Positions 25,936 through 38,049 of a stretch of DNA of 64,000 nt are shown here, one piece after another. The translations under genes were made by a program, and so were the position numbers. How positions within the stretch are numbered: position 1 is the stretch's first letter; each line of letters opens with the position of its first letter. Source of the stretch: Eledone cirrhosa (taxonomy: Eukaryota); assembly GCA_964016885.1 (NCBI GenBank), contig CAXHJY010001412.1:13291-77290 (forward strand), given 5' to 3'. The notes beneath the pieces were generated by a model. That model was not told the DNA's origin, did not search any database, and was given only the letters and a program-made list of their open reading frames with translations.

Positions 25936-26860
25936 CTAGCAGTAAAGCCCGGCGTTGCTCGGGGTCGCTCAGTAGCTGTGTTAAAGTTACAATGTTAAGT
26001 TTCTTTTTTGGCTTAAAAACTGTAGTGTCTACTGTGCAGACTTGCATGTGGTGTTTTTGATTAATATTCCCTCAACCAACAATATGCCTTATGAAGTTAA
26101 GAAAACATAACGATAACCCGAATGTTATAACAAAAGAGGATGCTGGGGATAGAAACTGCACTGGTTATTTATTAACAAAGATCGAAAATGTAAACACTGC
26201 AACGCAGAGAAAAACATTAGCGTAACCAAATTATCAGTTATGTCTGTCTGCACGCCTATATCACCTCTCTGCACGACTGTCTGTCTGCACGCCCATATCA
26301 CCTCTCTGCACGACTGTGTCTGCACGCCTATATCACCTCTCTGCACGACTATCTGTCTGCACGCGTATATCACCTCTCTGCACGACTGTCTGTCTGCACG
26401 ACTGTCTGTCTGCACGCCTAACGACGAAATATTTGCTTGTTTTACGTAGTCTTTAAATAGACTTGTTTTCAAGTAAAAATATTGTTTTAAAATGCTTTTA
26501 AATGGAAATGAAGCAAAACGGAAGCTTAGTGTTCGAACTGATGAATTTTGCAGGTCAATATTTTGCTATGTCATTTTAAACGCTGAGAAAGTCAGCGTAA
26601 TTTTTTACGTAAGACGCTCAATGTAAACAGAACAAAGGGAAATAACTGATAACTTACGCTCAAAAATCGATACATTATATTCGATTTCGTCACATAGGGT
26701 GGGTCAATTTGAAATATTTTTTTTCCGATGTCTTCGCTAGGGCTCAATGTACAAGTATAGCAATTTCGGTGCAATTCCGTGAGAGATTCTAAGAGGAGAT
26801 GTGTGCCAAAAATCGATAGACAGACAGACAACCACAGTTTTATATATATATATATATAGA
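25936..26860 (-). mobile_element. Non-autonomous Helitron, both ends intact (925 bp)
   Basis: The minus strand begins TCTATATATA... after an A and has (TGTC)n near the 5' end. It ends with the hairpin CCCGAGCAACGCCGGG and then CTAG followed by T, so it is inserted at AT with no TSD. Confidence 0.88.
26241..26418. repeat. About 37-bp minisatellite inside the Helitron
   Basis: TGTCTGTCTGCACGCCTATATCACCTCTCTGCACGAC repeated about 4-5 times. Confidence 0.9.
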
Positions 26861-27055
26861 TTGTCAAGAACTGAAATCAGAAATACAGCAATTTGGGCAT
26901 AATTTAACCCTTTTGGAGTTGCCTCTGATTCTATGACAAAAATGTTTATTTTAAAAGTTTTTATATTTATCTAAAAACCTTCCATCATAATTATATGTAA
27001 GAACTGCTTATATAACCGTGTACATACATCCAAAAGATGTGAGCATCATAGGAAC

Positions 27056-27130
27056 CCACATTGGCACATACAGATATAGTACCACATTGGCACATACAGA
27101 ACCACATTGGCAAATACAGATATAGTACCA
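27056..27130. repeat. Short tandem repeat
   Basis: CCACATTGGCACATACAGA(TATAGTA) three times. Confidence 0.8.
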
Positions 27131-27473
27131 ACATATACAAATATAAAGACTCACATTATCTTCCTTTCTTTCTTTTAACCTAATATCTAATATCAGCTGA
27201 GAATTTTAACAACTTATAGACATACAGTAACTATTGATGAGAGAGAGAGAGTAGAGAAAAGAAGGTAGGAAGTGTGTGTTTGAACATGAGTGAGGTCTAT
27301 TGTCTAAATTTAACTTTGAAGCCACAAAGCTATCAGCTTTAATTGATAAGAATTAGCTCAACATTGAAGTTTTAGGTTAAGGAATGGTACAGTACCATCC
27401 CCCACTCACACAATAACTCCTTCCTAATTCTTCTATGACCCACTATCTGTGAAAACTAGTGTACCATCTATAT

Positions 27474-27655
27474 AGTAGCAATTTATTTTTCTTGAATCAT
27501 TGACATTTCTTCTTCTCTCTGTTACCTCTTATCCCTATTCTTATCAATATGAAATACTCTTATTCTTTATATAAACAGTAGCAATTTATTTTTCTTGAAT
27601 CATTGACATTTCTTCTTCTCTCTGTTACCTCTTATCCCTATTCTTATCAGTATGA
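27474..27655. repeat. Local direct duplication of about 78 bp
   Basis: AGTAGCAATTTATTTTTCTTGAATC...CCCTATTCTTATCA occurs at 27474 and at about 27577. Confidence 0.85.
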
Positions 27656-29167
27656 AGCCTGCAGCTTCATTCCATCCTCTCTCCTCTGGCTATTATTGAA
27701 TAGGTAACATTGCACACTAAAATGGTCTGTTTGCCTCATAAATTATCAAGAAACATAATTCTTTTTAAAAACAGGTTTTTCCATAACCCTGAATGATCAT
27801 GGTTTTATTTTTTATTCACTTTGGCCCACAAAAGATAAACATTTCCACTCCAAGAATATTTGGCAATCCTTACTTTATATGATATACACACCTGAAAGCC
27901 TCTCTATCATTATATATATATATCCTTTATCATTTCCTGAAAAAGCTTATTTTTCCTTTAATTAACTCTTGACATCATGTGTCATATGAAATTACATTTG
28001 CAAATCATTCTTGAAAAGTAAAGTAAAAAACTCACAAACAAAAATCCACTACAACGGTATCACACATTAAAACAGTCTTTACTCTATTACAGATTCCATA
28101 AGCATTTCAATTTAAAAAAAAAAAAGCGTTTTGTTTAGATATTTTCTGGTAAATAGCAGAAAAACCACCTTTCGGGTGGTTTTCTGCTAGCATGTGTAGT
28201 GTGTATATTGATATTATACGCAAGTATATATGCATGTAGATATGATACATCAAATAAAATCGTAATTGACAATATACACAGAAATTGAACGAAGACTGCG
28301 TTACACTCTCTTATGTAATCATTAAAAAAAGACGATATTATATATAAACTGCATTAGGAGAAAATTAGTGACTTAGTGACGGAAATATACGAATGTTTAT
28401 TTAAGCGATTGCTAACCGAAAGTGTTGACATTTGAAAGTTTTAAAGAAGTGAATCTTAAAATAAGTAACAAAATTATTTATATTTAATCAAGAATAACAA
28501 AATTTAGTAGATAAATTATGTAATATTCATTCATTATTTATTCAAAGTAATCCAACTTATTTTACAAACGGGATAAAAAATATATATTTATTATAGTTTA
28601 GATTAAGAGTTAAACTTAGCTACTCCGTTTTCTGCCCAGAATCTTTTTTTTAATCATTCAACTTTAGCCTTCTTTTTAACGGTATACTTAATATGGGAGC
28701 TTCTAAGTAATCACTAGAGCTACTGGAAATAGCAACCAAATCCCTCTCAAATCACTCAACCATCTTATGAATGGAAGGTCACATTAAACCAATATAGTTC
28801 TGGATGATCATAATTGGAAAATAGTTCTGCTCAATAAATAACTATTGACTTTAATAGAAATGCATTTAAGATGTGATTATTAATGAAAACAAAATTAGAA
28901 AGCTGTGATTTTGTTTTAATTGCGTTGTGTAGTCAATCAAGTCTTTCTATAAATTATTCTAAATAAAGATTTATTGTACATAGCTAGTTTCATAAAGGAA
29001 TATAGTAAATAGAAGCAACTATTAGAATCAACTGTAATAAAGCCTGTTGTACACACACACATATATTCTTGGTGGTATTTCTTACTACTAGAGTGAGAGC
29101 AGTTTCAAATGAGTAACCAATATAAATTAGTAGGGAATATATACCTTATTAACATTATTTAATTTAA

Positions 29168-29359
29168 GGGCGGTGGATTGGCAGTATCGGTAGAGGGTCA
29201 GACGCCATGCTTTGCAGCATAGTTACGTCCCTTTACGATCTGAGTTCAAATCCCGCCGAGGTTGACTTTGCCTTTCATCCTTACGGGGTCGATAAAATAA
29301 AGTACCAGTAATGCACTGGGTAATTGCTGGCCTTGTGCCTAAAGTAGAAACAATTATTT
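29168..29359 (+). mobile_element. OK-like SINE
   Basis: Near-identical to 12919-13110, with ATTATTTAATT on both flanks. Confidence 0.88.
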
Positions 29360-29387
29360 AATTAACCTTTACAAAAAAAAGGGTTAA

Positions 29388-29535
29388 ATAATTGTTTCTA
29401 CTTTTGGCACAAGGCCAGCAATCATCCCAGTGCATTACTGGTACTTTATTTTATCGACCCCCGTAACGATGAAAGGCAAAGTTAACCTCGGCAGGATTTG
29501 AACTCCGAACAGAAAGGGGCGTAACTCTGTGCTAA
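29388..29535 (-). mobile_element. OK-like SINE, 5'-truncated
   Basis: Reverse complement of the 3' three-quarters of the preceding copy. Confidence 0.85.
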
Positions 29536-29882
29536 ATGTTAATAAAATGTGTGTGTATCTGCACCAGTCACAGCAAACATTATATCGACACTGTTTATAA
29601 AGAACTGAAGAAAGCAAAGTCCCTCGATAATCAATACACCTTGCATCGTAGAAGTTCAACAAATACTTAGTGGTATATACCAAACTTAGAAAATAAAGTA
29701 TGGGTGGACATCAGGGAAAGCATCCAGCCATAGAAAACTTGCTATAAAAATCTTATCTTTTGTCTTGCTGGCATGGAAAAAGTTGACATACAAGTGATGT
29801 CAAGACAATTTTTAAAGTGTACCTGATCAACAAAACAAAGAAATATTATTTCTTTGTGGTTCAGTAAAGTATGAAGGGAATC

Positions 29883-29976
29883 TTTACAATTGGTGTAACA
29901 ATATGAAAATTGCTTTACAATTGGTGTAACAATGTAAATTGCTTCATAATTGGTGTAACTATATGTAAATTGCTTT
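29883..29976. repeat. About 30-bp tandem repeat, 3 copies
   Basis: TTTACAATTGGTGTAACAATATGAAAATTGC-like unit. Confidence 0.8.
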
Positions 29977-30094
29977 CAAACCCGACACCATGGGAAAAAA
30001 TGAATGAAAACAAAAAGATAAATACTGAATAAATCTATACATAACAAACCAACAAGGGAGCTCTTTAGCAATTAATAATAATTTAACAATTAAT

Positions 30095-30390
30095 AATAAT
30101 CGTTTCTACTTTTGGCACAAGGCCAGCAATTATCCCAGTGTATTACTGGTACTTTATTTTATCGACCCCCTCGGCAGGATTTGAACTCAGACCATAAAGA
30201 GCCGTAACTCTATGTTGCAAAGAATAATGGCGTCCGACCCTCTACTGTAAGGCACAAGGCGACCAATTTTGGGGGAGAGGAAAGTCAATTAAATCAACCC
30301 CAGTGTATTACTGGTACTTTAATTTATTGACCCCGGAAGAATGAAAGGCAAAGCTAACCTCAGAACATAAAGGGCCGTAACTCTATGCCA
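30095..30390 (-). mobile_element. Two tandem partial OK-like SINEs
   Basis: GGCACAAGGC...TACTGGTACTTTA...GACCCC occurs twice (about 30095-30246 and 30250-30390). Confidence 0.8.
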
Positions 30391-30656
30391 CAAGAAGAAA
30401 GAAAAAAGGTACAATATGGTTTTAGGTCTGCTCCATCAAGTTTGACTTGGGGCTAAACAACAATGCACATCCATAATGAGCTGATGAAATTGCTCACCCT
30501 TCTAGAATTAGAATAATTTAATGTATGTTGGAATGATCATTACTGGAACGTCTATAATCATAAGTCCAATGGAAAGTGAGCGTATTTAAACAACAGCATA
30601 CATTCATAATTTCAGTTCAGATTTATATGAACTCTATAAACATACTGTTTAAAGAT

Positions 30657-30905
30657 AAGGCATGGCCAAATGGTTAAAAAGTTTCCTTTGTAATCATGAG
30701 GTCGCAGATTCGAGCCTATTGTGTGGCATCTTGTATAAATGTGAGTTTGGTCAACCCAAGCCTTGTGAGTAAAAATGGGAAGAGGGAAACTGTTTGGAAG
30801 TCTATTGGATGGACTATACTTACTGGAAAGACCAGTCACACACTCTGTCATGCTGACTCTCTATGTTAAAGGTACACATGTCAGCCACTCGCATGTTAAT
30901 TTCCT
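30657..30905 (+). mobile_element. Degenerate OR-like tRNA-derived SINE
   Basis: TGGCCAAATGGTTAA A-box, GATTCGAGCC B-box, then CAAGCCTTGTGAGT...GGAAACTG. Confidence 0.55.
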
Positions 30906-32153
30906 CAACAGGTATTTTCACTGAACAACTAGAATATTCATCGTCAAAACTAATGGAGATCCATTCCATTGTTTATAGTAAATGTGAGTTAGTAAAATAC
31001 AGAAGACATCGAACTACCTGCTTGAGTTCTGAACTTAAATCTTTTATTTTATGGGGCAGAAAAATTAATTCTACTGTTTCCCAGTTCACTCCACTATAAC
31101 ACAGTCAATTAACAGAGTTGGCAGAACATTGGACAGAATGATTTGTGATATTCATTCCAGTGTTCTGAGTTCAACTTTGCCTTCCACCCTCTTCAAATAG
31201 TACCCTTTAAGAACATTTAAGTTATGTTCCAAGCACCAAAGTAATGAGGAAGTTAGTTATATACTAAATCTCTCCACATTCTTTATTATTTTCAGAATCC
31301 TTTGCAGTGTCTTTTGTTAGAAACAGTGGTAAAAGGGAAATTAAATAGCACAAAGAGAGTTCCTTTGCTGCTTTTTAATATATACAAGTGTACTCATGTC
31401 ATCAAATATATGATGATGCATGATAATAAGATATGAATGATTTGTAGAGAACATGAAAGACAGATCACAAGTGAGTCAAGAGGTGGTTGTGCATTAAAGA
31501 CGTCACCTGAAGTATGCAGGGGAGAAGACTACAATTGTTATGGATATGTGGTGTAAATGGAGAATGTAAGCTGAACAAAAAAGTGCCACTGAATGTACTT
31601 ATATCAAACAGGACCATCTTCACAGCATTATAGGCCCCAAGCAAAAGAATGTACAGGAGCCCCTATATACATAATCACAGCATACATAGATTAACATTGA
31701 GCCTCCAGGCAATTGCTCAGTACACCTATGCTTTAAGATGGCACTGATGCCAGAGGGAAAAAGTTGGTAAAAGTCAAATCTCTGAGCCTTACAGAAAAGA
31801 TGACAATGGTGAGATGTTGCAAGGTACACTTAACCAATCATTGCCAGCATAGATAAACATACATTAAAATGTTTCCAATGATAACAAGGAGGATAACATA
31901 CTATGGAATGACAGTTTCTTAGAGTTCTCTTGCATTCATACATTTGGTTAAAAACTAAACACGCAACCTAAAGTTTCCATATATATTTTGACAGAAGCAT
32001 TAAGACTGCATTTCTATAAATACCTCATTTTAAACAATCAATCTTTTACATGAATCAATACGTATTGTGTATTTGTAGGGATACTTTTCTGAGCATAACT
32101 TTTTATGAAATCTCTCTCCCATTATCTATTTCTCTTTCTCTCTGGGAAGAAAA

Positions 32154-32407
32154 TAGAGAGAGAGAAAAGAGAGAGAAAGAGCCAGAGAGAAAGGGTGAGA
32201 GAGAGAAAGGATGAGAGAGAGAGAAAGGATGAGAGAGAGAGAAAGGATGAGAGAGAGAGAAAGGATGAGAGAGAGAGAAAGGATGAGAGAGAGAGAAAGG
32301 ATGAGAGAGAGAGAAAGGGTGAGAGAGAGAAAGGATGAGAGAGAGAAAAAGTGAGAGAGAAAGAAAAAGGGTGAGAGAGAAAGAAAAAGGGTGAGAGAGA
32401 GAAAGAG
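32154..32407. repeat. GA-rich 18-bp minisatellite
   Basis: GAGAGAGAGAAAGGATGA repeated. Confidence 0.9.
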
Positions 32408-32743
32408 ATCAAAGAAAACTAAAGGAGGAAGAAAAACAGAATTTGATGTCACAAAAACTAGAAAGAGCAACCACCATTTTAAAGCTATTTTCCTTGCTAA
32501 AGCAGGAGTTAGCCTTGTTGACCCCATGATATGGAATCTTTTATGAAACAATTTTTACAGCCAGATGCCTTACCTGGCACCAACTCTTTTATTCAATTTT
32601 TACAACACACAGGGATACAATGTACTTATTCTTGACCAGATATACATAGTATATGAAAAACTCATGAAGAAAAATTATCTTTTAAAATGTATATTTTAAA
32701 AGATAATTTTCATGTTCACATGTTATGGAATCAAGTTAATAAT

Positions 32744-32931
32744 TTTTTTCTACTTTTGGCACACGGCAGGCAATTATCCAGTGTATTACTGGTACTTTAT
32801 CTTATCGATCCTGTAAGGATGAAAGGCAAAGTTAACCTCGGTGGGATTTGAACTCAGACTATAAAGGGCTGTAACTCTTTGCTGCAAAGCATGGCGTCCG
32901 ACCCTCAACCGATACTGCCAATCCACCGCCA
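32744..32931 (-). mobile_element. OK-like SINE with 16-bp TSD
   Basis: Full-length copy, with GAATCAAGTTAATAAT duplicated at 32728-32743 and 32932-32947. Confidence 0.88.
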
Positions 32932-33239
32932 GAATCAAGTTAATAATATAAACAAGGTAGATAAAAGAATTTAAAATAAATACGGAAATATAAAAGCCTG
33001 TCAAATAAATGCAAAATATATCTTTAAAGTATAGAGCATAAGGTAAAACATTCTATAGAATTTTAATATCCTATTATGTAACAAAATCCAAACTACAATA
33101 AAAAAAATGACATTATCAATTTTTTCAAATAACCCATATGGTACGAAAACTACTAGTTTGCCTATATCAACAGCAGATATAACAAGGATTAAAACCATTG
33201 TATTGTGATAAAAATTCTATGAAAGAGAAGAAATTCAGC

Positions 33240-33443
33240 AACCTCGAGCCGCGTCCTCGTCAACAGGGTTCTTCAAAACACAACAGAACCCTCTGTGTTC
33301 AGAGAACATGAGGCTGCCTGTGAGACGTGGGACCGGCTGGGACTTAGCCCAGTAGACGTCCCTCCTCCTTCTTCCCCTGTTGACGTGAAGTCCCCCCAAC
33401 GCACTTGGGATGCCATCCAGTGCAGCCTGGCCTCAGACAGGCT
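33240..33443 (+). mobile_element. CRE-like non-LTR fragment
   Basis: Encodes ...VDVKSPQRTWDAIQCSLASDRL, and its last ~60 nt are homologous to the start of the CRE fragment at 36511. Confidence 0.6.
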
Positions 33444-34190
33444 CACGAACGTAGACCATCACACCACCACTACGGCGATTAATGCGGTCCTTGCGGAAAA
33501 GGTTGTACCCAGTAATGCTGAAAACCCCATCACAGAGTAAGGAATGTGCCCATGTTTCCGTGACTGTGATGAAGTCAGGGTCGATGCTTCTGACGTAGGA
33601 TTCAAACAGATGTATCTTGTTGCATAAACTGCGAGCATTTAAGGACAACAATTTGTACCCTGCTCGCAGTTTATGATGGTGTGTAGAGGGTGGCAGGTTG
33701 TTCTGGCCTAGTTTCCCAGAGCTGTAGCAGTTTTCTCATTGCCAGCCACTGTGGGCAGATCACACTCAGACCAGCTGGCATCTCTCTTCCAAACCTCCAG
33801 ATCTTAACAAACCTCCAGATCTGCCCATCATCACGCAGACTAAAACTTTCATGTTGTGCTGAATTCCGATTCAAGGAAGCTGCAGCACGGAGCTTTGGAC
33901 GTACATGGGGTGGTAGGCCTGGGCGTGTTCGGAAGGTAATCCGATTTTCACGCCCAGCTTTAACAGAGGCCAGATGGTATGAGATTGCCTCAGCGGGGTC
34001 CGAAAAAGACAGCCTGATGAGTCTGGGTTTTGGACCAGGTCGACCAAGGCAGAGAGCACCCTTTGGTGGAACACAACCTAGGTCTTTGGCTGAGCTGGCA
34101 GCAAATGCCTGAAGATCAGCCTTGTCCTCCGGTACCCCAATGGCAATTACTTCATGGGTAGCAGATTCCGCAGTCTTCTCAGTGTGGAAC
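33437..34190 (-). mobile_element. CR1-group LINE 5' part (ORF1 remnant and APE endonuclease N-terminus)
   Basis: LSLNARSLCNK...FITVTETW...GYNLFRKDR...GGVMVYVRE (33433-33651), with upstream VIAIGVPE...LGRPGPKPRLIRLSF resembling a LINE ORF1. Confidence 0.8.
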
Positions 34191-34586
34191 TTTACTGTGA
34201 AAGTACAATAGCATATATAGAGTAATGTGAATGCTAAAGGGTTAAAGCATGCACTTTTTCCTAAATATTGTTTCATATATATGTACAAAATACTGTGTTT
34301 CTCAAAATATATATGGCTCTTTCCATCTCTCTATATATATATCTTTTAATTTGAATTATACACATATATGCCAGTAGCCATAGAAAGCTTGCGAAAGGAT
34401 CAGTCGTGTGAAGGATATAACAGCCTCTTTAGTGTATAAATACACTTAGTACATCTGTAAAGTGGTTGGTGATTAAATTTTAATTGTAATATTTAATATT
34501 TGATAAGATGGATTACATCGAAACCAAGATTTTATATACTTTATAAAACTCTTATTTTTTTTTTAAATTGTTGTTCTTTTTTCAAT

Positions 34587-34742
34587 AATTGTTTCTATAT
34601 TTGGCACAAGGCCAACAATTACCACAGTGTATTACTGATGCTTTATTTTAACCCTGTAAGGATGAAAGTTAACCTCGGCAGGATTTAAACTCAGACTGTA
34701 AAGGGCCATAACTCTATGCTGCAAAGCATGGCATCCTACTCT
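34587..34742 (-). mobile_element. OK-like SINE, partial
   Basis: Matches the other copies of this family. Confidence 0.75.
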
Positions 34743-35789
34743 TTCTTCAATTATGTCACTTTGATATATCAAAGAAGAAAAAAAAGATTCTTTAAATATA
34801 TTTCCATGCTGTTTCCATTCTTACTTCTTTTCTATAACCTTTGTTTTGAATAGAACTTTGCTCCCTTTTAGTGAGTGAGTGAGTGAGTGAGTGAGTGAGG
34901 GAGTGTGTGCGCGCGCACATGTGCGTTTTCTTCTTTTTTTTTGTATATATATAATTATCATAAGCACAATATAAACACATGTAGAAATACACTCTCTCAC
35001 ACATATACACTGAAACATTTAGGATTCTAGACAGACATGTGAGCAATACAACAGTATTAGTAATCAGAAATTAAATACATTTGGTTGTAAATTACTAAGT
35101 AGCACTAACCAGACTGTAGTTGTTGGTCAGAAATAAACATTGACATTATTGGTCAGATCTAATGTGTAGCTGGAGGGTAAAGAAAGTTGACCAAAGTGAG
35201 TCATTTCCAAAGTTGTTGTTCTTTATCAATAATTGATGTATGCATGAATGACAACATAAACATGGAAGTTTTACTTACTAATTGTTTTTGTTTTTATTGT
35301 TTAGTACCAGATGTGTCCTATGATTTGTTTGTTTCCAGCTGTGACTGTCTCGTCTTCCCACCCACCACAACTAGACACTATATCTAGCACTACAATTTTC
35401 AATGTGTCTTTCTTTTCAAAAAGAGAGTAATGTGTGCTTTGAAGGAGATATGGCTGCCATTTTTAGCAGGTCAGACGGTTACATATATTTCCTTGATTGG
35501 TTTTAGTCCTCAATATGTAGTGACCAAGTAGATTTAATATCTGGTCAGTCCTCCATATGTAGTGATCAAGTAGACCTAAAATCTAGCACATAAACTTGCA
35601 TCACCCATAGAGACCTATATGAATTGGCTATATGGTGCTCAGTGTCTGACAGCCCATCTAATCCATGCAAGCATGGAAGATAGACATTGTTTATGATTAT
35701 GATGATGGTGATATTAAAATACATGATACTTAAATTTACATAATAAAGAATATTTACTCATGAAAAGTTAAAAAAAAAAAAAAAGTAGG

Positions 35790-36012
35790 CTTATCCCAGT
35801 TTCGTGTAGCATTAAGCAACTGAGAATATAAGTTTCACCTCTGGATAGGATTTCAGTCCAGTGCTGCCGCTATTGTCCCACCTGTGGCTGCTGCTGTTCA
35901 ATTTTTCAGTGAGTGAACTGGAGCAAAGGGAAATTAAGTACCTTGCTCAAGGACACAATAACCACCCAGTGCAGAGATTGAACCCATACCATTACAATCT
36001 TAAGCCTAACAT
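35790..36012 (-). mobile_element. tRNA-derived SINE related to 13262-13587
   Basis: Shares GAACTGGAGCAA...CTTGCTCAAGGACAC and ATTGAACCC. Confidence 0.6.
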
Positions 36013-36510
36013 GAGATGAAGGAGGAGGAGGAGGAGGTTCAACTAAAATAATTTTTGAAAAGTTGAGCCAGCAATAACAAACAGTGATAGTACTATTTGT
36101 GATTGTACTATTTGTGATAGTAACATAGCAACTACATTAGAAATTAAAACTCTAATCAGCTACTATTTTCCTGATTGTTTATTATGTATGATACCTTTCA
36201 CCTAAAACACCCTATAAATAGATCAATATCTAAACTAGAATTCAAAGTGACTAATCTGCTGCTATGTGCCTTGTCATATTTAAAGTCAAATTTTGTTGTT
36301 ATTTATCCACCCCTATTATGTTTCCTAGATGGTAACAATGAAAAAAACAACAACACTGATAACAATGAAATGATAAAACAATGACAACAATGCTTTAGAT
36401 TATTCATATATAATCTTTCAAAATTAGACATAATTACAAAAATATCGACTACTAAATTTGATGACAGCATATGGTGTTCTATATTTGCTAGTTATTACTG
36501 GTATGGTGTT

Positions 36511-37477
36511 TTGACATCAAGTCCTCCCCAGGGTATTTGGGATGCCATCCAGTGCAACCTGGCCTCACACAGGCTAACGCACCAGCTCAACCAGCACCAC
36601 CTTGTAAACCCACAGCAGTGCTTGGCTCCATGCCTTCTCTACTGCAGCTGGACAATGATAGCCCATGCATCAGGGTTTCGCTAAGGCTTGGTCTCTGGAT
36701 CTACGAGCCACGCAAATGTCATTGCGGATCCACCGTTGACTCTTTCGGCCGCCACCTGCTTTCCTGTCGTTACAGTGCCAGCGGCCCTCAACGAAGTCAT
36801 AAAGCATGGCTCAGATGCTGCCAGCTTGAACCAGTGGGGCTGGTCCGAGGGGACAGCAAAAGGCCAGACGGCATGACCATCTTCCCATTCCGCTGTTGCA
36901 AACCCCTTGTCTGGGATGCCAATTACAGCAACACATTCCCCAGCAGCAACCTGATGCAGTCTGAGTAACCCAGATTCTGCTGCACTTCAGGCTGAGGAGG
37001 GCAAACTCTCCAAGTACCGGTCCCTCTCCGACAGGTTTGCAGTCAAGCCCCTAGCAGTGGAGACTTCTGGTGTCCTTGGCCCTACTTACCACCCTACTTG
37101 GCCCTACTTACCACCACTGGCGCATTTCCCTCACCATCCTCCGGGGAAACGCCTTCTCCATTCTGTCCGCTGGGACTATGGGGTGGCCAGCACATGGGAC
37201 CCCATTTGCTCATAATAGTGAAAGATGGGGAGGGCGAGAGAGATGGAGGCAATGACAGTGGGCGTTCGGCTCCTCTGTATTCAGACCTGGTGTACATGTA
37301 TACTTACTGTCTTATCATATAGACATATTTATGAATATATGTATTGTTTTTTATTAGAATGTTTTTATAACATGGAATGTTAAGACTACATCTGTGACGT
37401 ATACTCGAATATATAGTGTTCTGGTGCTATTAAGTTAGACATGGCCTGGGCCAATACTGGCCGAAACCTATCAAAGT
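36511..37477 (+). mobile_element. CRE-clade non-LTR retrotransposon 3' fragment (zinc knuckle and restriction-like endonuclease)
   Basis: Frameshifted motifs CHCGSTVDSFGRHLLSC, EPVGLVRGDSKRPDG..PF...LVWDA, AEEGKLSKY..L..F...AVETSG and ISLTILRGNA. A 31-bp imperfect direct repeat flanks it. Confidence 0.8.
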
Positions 37478-37975
37478 TATATTTGCTAGCTATTATTGAT
37501 ATGGTGTTCTATATATTTGCTAGCTGTGTTCAAATGAGGTTACCATCTATTGCTATATTACAGGTGTTTATGAACATTAACAGGACATTTTTTAAACTCA
37601 AGAAATAATCAAGTGTAATGTAGAGGAACAAGGTAAAAAATGAAATCTTTATTAACTGTAAAGCATTTTTTGTCAATCCCTCACACAATGTCAAAAACAC
37701 AAATTAAAAGGCAGAAAATGGAGATGGGGACAAATGTTCTAAAATGGTTTCATTTAAGGGTAAAAAAAAAATCAGCATTTTCTGTCAATGTTGTTCTCTC
37801 TCAGATTACATTTATAACAAAAAACTCAGATTACATTCATATATATATAAAAAACCACAAACCCTCCATTTCAATTCTACTTTTGAAAAGCGTAAGAACT
37901 GTGAAACCGGTAAAGGAACCAAATAAATATTCTTAAAAAGACTCAGTTGCATTTTAGATTTCATCTGTTTTCCTT

Positions 37976-37981
<6 letters not shown>

Positions 37982-38029
<48 letters not shown>
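37982..38029. repeat. (AG)n microsatellite
   Basis: Seen directly in the sequence. Confidence 0.95.
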
Positions 38030-38032
<3 letters not shown>

Positions 38033-38049
38033 TGTGCTCAAATCTATTT

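Noticed and set aside
28164-28190. Rho-independent terminator
   Set aside because: The context is eukaryotic repeat DNA with no upstream gene; it is kept only as an unexplained hairpin.
37440-37475. Hammerhead at GGCC-aatact-GGCC-GAAAC
   Set aside because: Stem II and GAAA are present, but CUGANGA and a matching stem I are missing.
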